Shown in pieces: positions 53,069-64,000 of a DNA stretch of 64,000 nucleotides. This DNA comes from Eledone cirrhosa (Eukaryota). Below the pieces are notes generated by a model. It worked only from the letters and a program-made list of their open reading frames with translations. It had not been told where the DNA came from and did not search any database. The position numbers and the translations under genes are program-made. Every line of letters begins with the position of its first letter. Position 1 is the stretch's first letter. The DNA lies in assembly GCA_964016885.1 (NCBI GenBank), contig OZ024740.1:329220001-329284000 (forward strand). The letters run 5' to 3'.

Positions 53069-54175
53069 CAATACATTAACAGAGAAAGCCTTAAGCTATA
53101 CTCTGACTGGCTACCATCTCACTCAACAAACATTAGGATATACCTTAGTATAATCCCAATTTTATGTTTGGGGTGCTAACTATATGTATTTTGCGGAAAA
53201 CCAGTTGTATTATTTTATATGAGATATAATTAAAATTAAAATATATCTCTCTTTCCAAACAATTGTTTCATTATAAGTTTTCTACAAGTTGGGAGAATGT
53301 GTCCGGGTTATGTAGAAGCCTGCGCATTTTTCTGTAAGAACATATGCAGGTGGGCACTTATAAATCATCAGTGGATGCCCGTCAAACATTGATATAAGAA
53401 AAAATCTCTTACCGATGTCAGTTTTCGTGTCAGCAATTTTCCCTTCTCGCATCATAATAACCGCCAAATTTGAAATTCCAGCAGTCTCAGAATGAGGAAT
53501 TTCACAGCGTCACGAAGCGGAAAAGGGAGGCAATCGCGTAACACAAGAAAGTAAAATAATTTACACGTGGGTCAATTAATTCTTTCAACAATTTTAACCC
53601 TGCGTGTTAAGAACTCAATTAGATTTTTAAAAAATAAATGTATGCATGTATTAATTATACACGCATATAGGTATTTTATTAGGCTAAAAACAGAGATATG
53701 ATACTAGAATAACAATCAATATTTCATAATAATAATAAATACGGAAAGTTACGCTTAAAAGATATCTGAAAATATATATCTCTGGCCAAATCAAGAGTAA
53801 AATATTCAATACATTAACAGAGAAAGCCTTGAGCTATACTCTGACTGGCTACCATCTCACTCAACAAACATTAGGATATACCTTAGTATAATCCCAATTT
53901 AATGTTTGGGGTGCTAACTATATGTATTTTGCGGAAAGCCAGTTGTATTATTTTATATGAGATATAATTAAAATTAAAATATATCTCTCTTTCCAAACAA
54001 TTGTTTCATTATAAGTGTTCTACAAGTTGGGAGAATGTGTCCGGGTTATGTAGAAGCCTGCACATGTTTTCTGTAAAAACATATGCAGGTGGGCACTTAT
54101 AAATCACCAGTGGATGCCCGTCAAACATTGATATAAGAAAAAATCTCTTACCGATGTCAGTTTTCGTGTCAGCAA
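53069..54175 (-). mobile_element. Retrozyme-like / partial-tandem PLE unit: two ~369-bp direct repeats 738 bp apart, each with an HHR, no ORF
   Basis: 53069-53436 closely matches 53807-54175; TA-rich flanks. Confidence 0.75.
53254..53375 (-). ncRNA. Type I hammerhead with branched ~100-nt stem II domain (second copy 53992-54114 has CTGGTGA)
   Basis: TCCA-CTGATGA-tTTATAAGT[two hairpins]ACTTATAAt-GAAA-CAATTG-TT-TGGA. Confidence 0.72.
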
Positions 54176-54720
54176 ATATATATATATGTGGGTGTGTGTG
54201 TGTGTATGTCCGTGTGTGTATGTTTACATACATATACATATAAAGGAGGTGAGGATTGCAATATTTGTAAATTGAAATTGGAGCGTCGAGTTGAATAACT
54301 GAGAAAATGTAGAAAATTTCGAAAGCACGAAAATCGGGTAAGCAAAGTGATCTCATAGCTCTTATTCTTATTCTTCTACTTCTTTCGGGGGGGGGGGGGG
54401 GGGCTCGTGGAGGCAGCCAAGATAATGGATGTTATCCAACTATCTTGCTCAGGGTCAACCCCTGGGTTTACTGCCAGTTGGATTTGCCTGTAAAATGTGT
54501 CCAGCGTTTCGACCCTGAAACATTTTCAAAAATCTGCTTCGGAATGTGCTAGCATTACATGTGAATATAATAAAGGCCAATATGTGGAAACCTCTGTACC
54601 TCAGTGTATATGCAATGTACGAAGCCGAATATACCTACCAAAAACTGGTTTACGTATCATTTACATGTCCATGTAGTAATACCAATGTTCGAAAATGAGC
54701 AATTCATTGCAGTCAATCCG

Positions 54721-54914
54721 ACACGTGACGCATGTGACAAACCACTTTGTCAGGACGCACATATCATTCAAAAATACATACTCATGTTTCCAATCATAAT
54801 TGTTTCCAATTGCTGGCTTTGTGCCAATAATACAATTATGATTGGAAACATGAGTATGTATTTTTTGAATGACATGTACGTCCTGACAAAGTGTTTTGTC
54901 ACATGCGTCACATG
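54721..54914. repeat. ~83-bp inverted arms, probably an older fold-back cassette
   Basis: 54721-54803 pairs with 54832-54914. Confidence 0.75.
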
Positions 54915-55261
54915 TTTCCAATCATAATGACGAGCTGAATGATCGATAGAATGAATTCTAATACATGTATGCAACAACATATTCCATATCCTAGCAAATA
55001 TTATAGGCCATTACAGCGCACTCAACCACCGATGGAGATACATTATTTGTCAGTGACTGTCTTAGACGTCTAATGAGTTAACGGAAATTAAATATATAGA
55101 GTGAGTACATCAAATGCATTACCTGCGATTTTATAGATGTAAACATATGTACCTATTTCAGACGCAAGGAAAGAAAGCTTATATGCACCTATATCGACTT
55201 TCGTCAAATCAGACTGATCTTTCCAATTACTAATGCTATCTATCGGTCGCAACTCCAGGTA

Positions 55262-55331
55262 GAAGGAACAACGTGAAATAAAGTGTCTTTCTCAATGACA
55301 TAACGCATCACCCGGTGTAGGAATCGAACTC
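55262..55331 (-). mobile_element. Fragment of a second tRNA-SINE family
   Basis: GAGTTCGATTCC B box followed by GTCATTGAGAAAGACACTTTATTTCAC. Confidence 0.5.
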
Positions 55332-55452
55332 ATATATATATATATATAATTTTTAAAACTAATTTCACTACACTATATATATATATACATGGTTAAAAAG
55401 TTATCGTTATAGGTAATCCTGTTAGAGGCCAACCATGTTACTCTTCATTCTT

Positions 55453-55960
<508 letters not shown>

Positions 55961-56437
55961 AGAGATACTGACAGATACATACAGAGTAGCTCGTGTGCGT
56001 ACGTTCACACATGCACGCCCAAAAGCATACACACATATCCATGTGTAAACACACACATATATAAATAGTCACACACATATATGCATACACGCACACAGAG
56101 AGGCACACACACACACACGTGTGTGTATATACGCACGCATATACACATACACACACATACATATATACACCCGTATATATACATGCACACACACGTACGC
56201 GTTCGTACACACACACGCACAGATATATATAAATACTAACATATATATATACATACACATACACACACATGCACGTCTGCACATATATATGCCTATATAC
56301 ACACACACAGATACATATATATACACACACCTACCCACACGCCCACACATACATACGTCTACCCACATGAATACATACACACACACACGTATATACATAT
56401 ATAAATATACATATATATACATACATACATACATACA

Positions 56438-56469
<32 letters not shown>

Positions 56470-56471
<2 letters not shown>

Positions 56472-59060
56472 GGAGGTGAGTTTTATTGTAGTACAATAAA
56501 GCAATGCAGATATCGGATAAGAAGCACTCGACAGTTTGTGGGACTGGAGTATGCATAATATAAGATCAAAAGATGGTTAAAGGAGTTCCATATATTTTAT
56601 TATGCGCATTTCAAAAACAAACATCATCAAGTAATAATATTTGTGTTTTCATCAGATAAAACAGGAGAACATGATATGAAGGCTAAAAAAACACTTGTGG
56701 ATAGTGCAGTTTTAAATCAACATATGAAAAGTGGTTTTAGATTGATGTGTGATATTGGGAAAAATATTTTATTTAGAGAGAGGGGGGGGGGGAGGATGAA
56801 AAGGGAAGGAGATGAGAGAGAGAGATGGGTGATAGAGAGAAAGAGATAGTTTTTATAACTGAGAGGAGATATATTTTTTACATAGAGAGGTTGAAAACCG
56901 TTGGAAGATACTGTATAAATTAAAAATTTTGAAAATTAACGAAGGGAGGATATGTGCGAGGAAAAAATATATTATTTAGGGAGGGGGGTGGAAAGGATGA
57001 AAAAAAGGGGGAGGAGATGAGAGTGAAGGTGGAGAGGGAGAGATGGGTGATAGAGAGAAAGAGATAGTTTGTATAACTGAGAAAAAGATATATTGTTTTA
57101 ATATAGAGAGGTTGGGAACCGTTGGAAGATAATGTATAAATTAAAGGAATTTGAAAATTAACGAAGGGAAATTATGAATGAAGATAAAGAGAAAAAAATA
57201 ATAATTGTGGGTGAATATTCTAGCGTCAAAAGAAGAAATGTATGTATTGTGGCAATTTCAAAATTAGCGAAGAGAAAAATTGTTAAGGTTTGTGTGTAGA
57301 AGGATTTGAGAAAAAATAATGTGAAGTTAAAGTTTGTATATTGAATTGATAATATGTTCGAATAAAGAGTTAATATGTATTAATAATGAGTTCGTTGATG
57401 GGGAGAAAAAAATAATAATAAATTAAGGATGAAATTGAGATTAAAAAGATTTATGATAGAGAGAAAAAATAATAATGATTGCGGATGAATATTCAAAATG
57501 TCAAAAAACAAATGTTGTGATTTTACGAGAAGATAGAATGAGGGTAATGAGTAAACGAGTATTATAGAGTGTATAATGCCCTTTAAAGTAAGGTAGATGG
57601 GTATATTTTAAAGAGGTGTATGTATATGTGCCTTTGAGAAAAGATTCTAAATTGATAAAGAATTGAATATTAACTGTATACTTTGTGAAAAGTTCTATGG
57701 AATTTATGCAGGCAGATAGAAAACAAATCTGAGCGTCTATTTATTATAGAATCTAGGTTAGAGATAATGGTAAATTTTTCATTTAGGCAGAGATTACAGA
57801 TTTTAGATAGTGAGCTGTTCAAGTATGAGGATGCAGAAGAGATCTTCTTCCAAAAGATGGTATATTTAATGTTTTTGTCTTTTAAGGACCATATGAGTTC
57901 TGAGAGAGCAGTGTTAGTTCTTTTAAGTTTGTATTTGAAAGATGAATGATGATTATAGAGACGAGCTTTAAAAGAGGTGGAAGTGGAGCCAAAATAGGTG
58001 AAGGAATTGGTGTTAGTTATAATTTTACATTCATAAATTAAGTTTTTATCGAGGCAATGGTTGTTCAGAGGACATTTATTTTTAATGCGGCAGTTGCAAT
58101 TAGAGAGATTATTAATGAATGATCTAGTGTTATCTATAGAAGGAATTGGATTGGAGAAGTTGTTTGCGATAGGAATAATAGGAATAATAGTTTCTTGATT
58201 TAGAGTTGGATTATGAACATTTAGCGAAGTTGTGTTTGACGTTGTATTTGGGTTTACAGAAGTTAGCCTAGGGTTTACAATGACGTCGGGAGTACTATTA
58301 CTGTTATTATGAAATTCAATATTGGAAGGAAGAGATTTAGTATTTAATATTTTATTGTTGTGTTTAGAGATGATGTTGGAAATATTGGAGGATGTAGAAT
58401 ACGAAAATTTGATGGTGTATTTGTTAAATATTTTACTATAGATATGTGAGGGAGGGAAGCATTTATTTAAGGCACTAAAAAATAATTTAGGAATATTGTT
58501 ATTAATAGAGATGGAGAAAGGAGCATTATACCAGATTATGTTTTTGTATCTAGGTCTTTTATTAAAATTATTGGAATGGTCATGATTAATTATTCTACTG
58601 TAAGTTTTTCTAGAATTTGTTTCTTTATTATATTTGATTTTATCTGGATAGCCGGCTTTAGAAAGTGCGTTATCCTCCCTTCGTTAATTTTCAAAATTTT
58701 TAATTTATACAGTATCTTCCAACGGTTTTCAACCTCTCTATGTAAAAAATATATCTCCTCTCAGTTATAAAAACTATCTCTTTCTCTCTATCACCCATCT
58801 CTCCCTCTCATCTCCTTCCCTTTTCATCCTCCCCCCCCCTCTCTAAATAAAATATTTTTCCCAATATCACACATCAATCTAAAACCACTTTTCATATGTT
58901 GATTTAAAACTGCACTATCCACAAGTGTTTTTTTAGCCTTCATATCATGTTCTCCTGTTTTATCTGATGAAAACACAAATATTATTACTTGATGATGTTT
59001 GTTTTTGAAATGCGCATAATAAAATATATGGAACTCCTTTAACCATCTTTTGATCTTATA
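56470..59060 (-). mobile_element. Hydra-like PLE, 5'-truncated, with 3' pseudo-LTR and inverted 5' pseudo-LTR copy (58671-59060)
   Basis: Minus strand ~57670-58660: NIIWYNAPFS, CFPPSH.YSKIFN, SYS, CNCRIKNKCPLNNHCL, LIYEC..YFGST..FKARLYNH, CNLCLNEK. ~190-bp tandem duplication in the 3' UTR. HHR in both pseudo-LTRs. Confidence 0.85.
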
Positions 59061-59719
59061 CATACATATATATATATATACACACACTTACATACCCTTA
59101 TATATCTTTTTTCCCTACACGTGTGCATACACACACAGACTCGCACATAAATTGTCACACATATACACACATCTACACACACATAAAAAATATGCAAATA
59201 GACATGTAAGAAAAGCATATAAAGTTGTACATTGGCCTGTACATGCAAAAATGCACCTTGTTCTACGTGCTGACAAAGTTGATATTATGTTGCCAACGTT
59301 GATTAATCCACGTATAGACACCTCAAACAAGGCTACATATTGGGAGTTCATGGTATAAATGTAAAGGGCATGTCCAAACCGTACATAGAAAATGCATGCA
59401 GGATATATAAAAAATGTATGGAGAATATATTGAAAAAATACATACATCTGAATTATATAAGAAAAGTATACAACGATACACATTGGTTTGTACATGGAAC
59501 GGTACAGGGGGTGTTACATGATGGAGTACCTGTAGAATATGCACACACCGCTGAAAAGTTACACGTGCAGGGAGTGTGCGAACAGGCCATAATGGCGCAT
59601 GTCACTGTGGGTGAGGTGGGGTCCCTTATTGATGTATGGTACGGGACTGAATATCCGTGGAGGTTGAGCCACCGTGTCCTAGGATGACGTGCCGAGTCCG
59701 ATAGGCAGCATAGGTTGCG

Positions 59720-59767
<48 letters not shown>

Positions 59768-59953
59768 ATTTTTGGTACCCTTGAAATATATATAATAGAA
59801 TAAATATGGTTTTATAAATATAGTTTCCATTTATTTAATATCATTTATTTAATATCATTTATTGAATACTTACTACAGAATTTCTGTCGAGTGCTTTGAA
59901 TCAGTTGTAAACATCTATATTTGTTAGATTTCCAACAAATTAAATATCTCTTA

Positions 59954-60145
59954 AGGAAATGTGCTAAGGAACCAGATGGACCATAAGGCACCAAAGTACT
60001 CAATACTTAGGGTAGTAGAGTGAGTTATAGGAACAAGTATGACCCCGAAGGCAGAGCTCAAGCCGTTTCGACAGCTAATTCTGGACTAAAAAAAAGAATT
60101 AGCCGTCGAAACGGCTTGAGCTCTGCCTTCGGGGTCATACTTGTT

Positions 60146-60148
<3 letters not shown>
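59954..60148 (-). mobile_element. Fold-back PLE 3'-end element (45.0k family)
   Basis: Turns at CTAATTCTGGAC-taaaaaaaa-GAATTAGCCGTCGAAAC. Confidence 0.75.
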
Positions 60149-60191
<43 letters not shown>

Positions 60192-60193
<2 letters not shown>

Positions 60194-60657
60194 TTTTGAG
60201 TTTATGTTGGTTGTATACCAACACCTCAGTATGCAGGCTGGAGCACTCGACGAAGTGCGCAGGTTGGTTTGGTTACTCCGGAGTAGTGTAAAATAAAGTT
60301 AAATAAAAGTCAAATGATTAAAATTTAGCTTCGTTTATTACTGCTATATATATTTCAGTGACAGCCATCTTTGGCTGTGACCTCTTCAGGCAGTTTGAAT
60401 TAGTATGGTATAGACAAGTACATATGTTGTTTAGGTGTATGATATTGTCAATACTCTGATATGCCCAGTTCCTTGTTGGGTTGTTAATTCACTGGGGAAC
60501 TGGAGTCATATGACTCCAGTGTACAACATATGTACTTGTCTATACCATACTAATTCAAACTGCCTGAAGAGGTCACAGCCAAAGATGGCTGTCACTGAAA
60601 TATATATAGCAGTAATAAACGAAGCTAAATTTTAATCATTTGACTTTTATTTAACTT

Positions 60658-60695
<38 letters not shown>

Positions 60696-61179
60696 AGTAA
60701 GTCAGACTTTGGCTTCGTCTATTATAAATTCTATGCTATATATATTTCAGTGACAGCTATTATTGGCTGTGACCTATTCAGGCAGTACGAATTAATGTAG
60801 AAAGAACAGCTAAACATGGTGTTGAAATGTGTTCCACTGTCAATTCATCGATATGTTAGACCTATGAGGAACTGGAATCAAATGGTTCCAGTTCCTCGTA
60901 GGTCTAACATATCGATGAATTGACAGAGTGGAACACATTTCAACACCATGTTTACCTGTTCTTTCTACATTAATTCGTACTGACTGAATAGGTCACAGCC
61001 AATAATAGCTGTCACTGAAATATATATATAGCAGAACATTTATAATATACGAAGCCAAATTTGACATGTTTGACTTACTTATTTTAAATTACCCCGGAGT
61101 TAACAAACCAACCTGTGTACTTCGTCGAGTGCTGCAACATGGATACTGAGGTCTCGGTAAACAATCAACACATACTCAA

Positions 61180-61182
<3 letters not shown>
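60192..61182. mobile_element. Two fold-back cassettes of one PLE family in opposite orientation
   Basis: 60192-60665 and 60690-61182, each with inverted HHR-bearing arms and one unique tail; (TA)n between and around. Confidence 0.85.
60559..60613 (+). ncRNA. Type I hammerhead, intact core (mirror 60340-60394; G8-mutated relatives at 60734-60786 and 60979-61034)
   Basis: ACTGC-CTGAAGA-GGTCACAGCC aaagat GGCTGTCACT-GAAA-TATATA-TA-GCAGT. Confidence 0.82.
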
Positions 61183-61218
<36 letters not shown>

Positions 61219-61242
61219 GGAGAGGGAGAGAGAGGGAGAGAG

Positions 61243-61303
<61 letters not shown>

Positions 61304-61921
61304 TGAAATTAGTTTTAAAAATTATACCCAAAGCACTCACTCTGAGGCACTAGTTGCACTATACAGAGACAGATATAATTTAATTATATTATAGGAGAAG
61401 CTGTCTTTTATACAAATCTGAAATACCTTCCTTACTCAGTATTTTTTTTAAAACTTCTTTCACAGACTTTATCAATTTCTATACGAGATATTCACTAGAA
61501 ATCTTTCAAGAATTTAATAAAGAATTGGTTAATAATTTTAAAGGCTTGGATTTCTGTGAAAACGTCAAGATTTGAAATTGCTCGAAAATATAAAACCTGA
61601 AGCAAGGCAAAATTGTTTGTTGGTAGAGTTACTTCAGTAATCTGGGATATATTGACTCAAAAACCTATTTAACTTTATTAAATGATAGGAATTGTTAGAA
61701 GATTTGAATATATTTTCAGAACCTGATATATAACTGAATTGTCTTATCTTATTAACTTCACACTTTTTCAACATCAAGTGATAACAAAATTTAATTAAAG
61801 GAACACTATATATGTTAGATTATTATTTTAAATTTATTTATGACTATGTGTACGTAAGTGCAGTAGTTATTGTCAAAGTACTGCCTTTTCAAAATTCGTC
61901 ATCTAGGAATGTGTCAATAGT

Positions 61922-62140
61922 CGAGATTCGGCTGAAAAGTTCATAGGCTGATTATGAAAGAGTGTTGCTAGAGCTATGAAATCTTGTATGCATTGATATT
62001 AATATCAACTTTTCTTATAATTACATTCATTGGGTTCTTTCCAGGGAAATACTAGAAAATTAACCTATTTGGTCATTCCATGAGAGAATCTTGGTCGACC
62101 TATAAGCGATTCAGTCTATGAACCTTTCAGCTGAGCCTCA
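61922..62140. mobile_element. Mariner-like MITE
   Basis: ~30-bp imperfect TIRs CGAGATTCGGCTGAAAAGTTCATAGGCTGA / TCAGTCTATGAACCTTTCAGCTGAGCCTCA. Confidence 0.65.
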
Positions 62141-62292
62141 CCCACAATTATGCATACATAGTAATGAGTAAATGCGATAAGTACCTCATTTCAAACATGC
62201 TAATGATATTATCGTTGTTAGTATAATCATCTCTTTATTACCAGAATTTTTGCTTTAACATTCTATTCTTGGAGAATATTATGATTAGACAA

Positions 62293-62478
62293 CGGTGGAT
62301 TGGCAGTATCGGTAGAGAGTCGGACGCCATGCTTTCCAGCATAGTTACGTCCCTTTACGGTCTGAGTTCAGATCCCGCTGAGGTTCACTTTGCCTTTCAT
62401 CCTTACGGGATCGATAAAATAAAGTACCAGTAATGTACTGTGTAATTGCTGGCCTTGTGCCAAAAGTAAAAACAATTA
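62293..62478 (+). mobile_element. tRNA-derived SINE, variant A, full length
   Basis: 14-bp TSD ATTATGATTAGACA (62278-62291, 62475-62488). Confidence 0.92.
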
Positions 62479-63262
62479 TGATTAGACATGTCCCTGCAAG
62501 CAAACTTTTAACTGGATTTAGACCCCCTGCGATAAAATAATAGATGACTTTTTATTTGTCAGACGATATTTTCCCACAGAATAGTCTATTGATTTTCTAC
62601 TTACATTCTCTCTCTTTTTCTCCCACTCAGTGTAACTAAAGCTTTAATATATTTTGCCCTTGCAAAACATTAAGCTTCATACATATGATATGCAAGCTAC
62701 ACCTATATATTGAAGCGTATACACGTTTATGCAGAGGCCTTTGTTATTTTTAACATATTTAACTCAGAAATGCTACGTGTGATGTGTACCTGTGTGTACA
62801 TTGGCAATATAAACATCTTTGTAATTATATTCTTAGAAAAGTAACTTTTTATACAAACTTGAAATACCTTTCTTCTATTTTTGTCTACTTTTAAAAGTTT
62901 CTCAAATTCTACGCGAGATATTAGCCAGTAATCTTTCAAGAATTTAAGAAACATTAGGATAATAAGCATCATTGCTTGAATTCCTACTACAGTTCAGGAA
63001 AGTATTGGTATATCATTTTGAAATACTGTGTGTACGAAGTATAGAACTGATGTGGCCTCAAAGCGTTTCGTGCTAATTTTGGGGTAAGCCGCACACACCA
63101 ACTCACAATAACTCATATAGCGATCTACGTGGAAAGATCTATTATGTTATTGCATGCACTTACACAATTGCCCAATATATATATATAAATTATACAAATG
63201 TTTTGAAAAGGAATAATTTCATGGCATTAAATATAGACTTCAGAAACACGCAAGTATTTTAA

Positions 63263-63453
63263 TAATTGTTTCTACGTTTGGCACAAGGCCCACAATAACC
63301 CAGTGCATTACTGGTACTTTATTTTATCGACCCCGTAAGGATGAAAGGCAAAGTTTACCTCGGCGGGATTTGAACTCAGAATGGCAAGGGCCGTGACTCT
63401 ATACGTCAAAGCATGACACCCGACCCTCTACAGATACTGCCAATCCACCGCCT
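63263..63453 (-). mobile_element. tRNA-derived SINE, variant B, full length
   Basis: 12-bp TSD TATTTTAATAAT (63255-63266, 63455-63466). Confidence 0.92.
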
Positions 63454-64000
63454 ATATTTTAATAATGTATTTACATTATGTAAATTTACATATGCGGAGA
63501 GTTTAAGAGTTACATGAAAATCTTAAAGATGACACGAGGCAAACGTTGTTTGTTGGTAGAGTATTACTGCAGCCGTTTTTGATATATTGACTCAAAGACC
63601 TATCTGTCAATATAAAATGATAGAAATTCGTAGAAAAGTTAAATATATTTTCGAAACCTGATATACATATATATAATTAATAACTGAATTGTATTATCTT
63701 ATTGATTTCAAATTTTTTGAAAATCAAATGAATAATGACAACAAAATTGAATTAAAAAACAATATGTGTCTTAGATTAATTTTATTTTATGACTCTGTAT
63801 GTGTATGAATGCACAGTAGCTACTGTTATGGGCACTGCCTATTCAATATTTGACATCTTGAAACGAGTGTCGATATATAGGCACACATAGACACTAATGC
63901 ATAGATAAAATCCTATACAACTCTTAGAAAATATATTTCCTTCCTGACTAAATGAGATAATTAGTCATAGCAAACTTATTTCAAGAATGCCAGAATTTTC

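Noticed and set aside
54715-54770. CTGACAA...CACGTG-TC hammerhead-like remnant
   Set aside because: GAAA is absent and stem I is poor, so it is reported only as an inverted repeat.
59060-59720. Cys/Thr/Pro-rich ORF 59453-59830 and a possible Helitron 5' end
   Set aside because: The ORF crosses a TA microsatellite and is low complexity; no diagnostic termini or domains.

Overview
AT-rich, microsatellite-dense animal genomic DNA made almost entirely of transposable elements. I could not support any host gene exon. The tRNA-derived SINE family and overall composition suggest an octopus/cephalopod genome (inference). Contents: a near-complete decayed Helitron (RepHel) plus other Helitron pieces; Penelope-like retroelements (PLEs) of two types (Neptune-like and Hydra-like); two head-to-tail Tx1/L1-like LINEs in (TATC)n; RTE and CRE LINE fragments; seven SINE copies; a mariner-like MITE; and a possible solo LTR. 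The main signal is non-coding. About 17 full type I hammerhead ribozyme (HHR) motifs plus several half motifs, from about ten sequence families, were read by eye. Most lie in short fold-back (inverted) cassettes inserted in (TA)n. They include U3-A8 core covariants, HHRs with very long or branched stem II, a variant with a 5-nt insertion after the cleavage site, and a 738-bp HHR-to-HHR retrozyme-like unit. Two inverted arms start at the predicted self-cleavage site. All structures are manual predictions and none were computed or tested.
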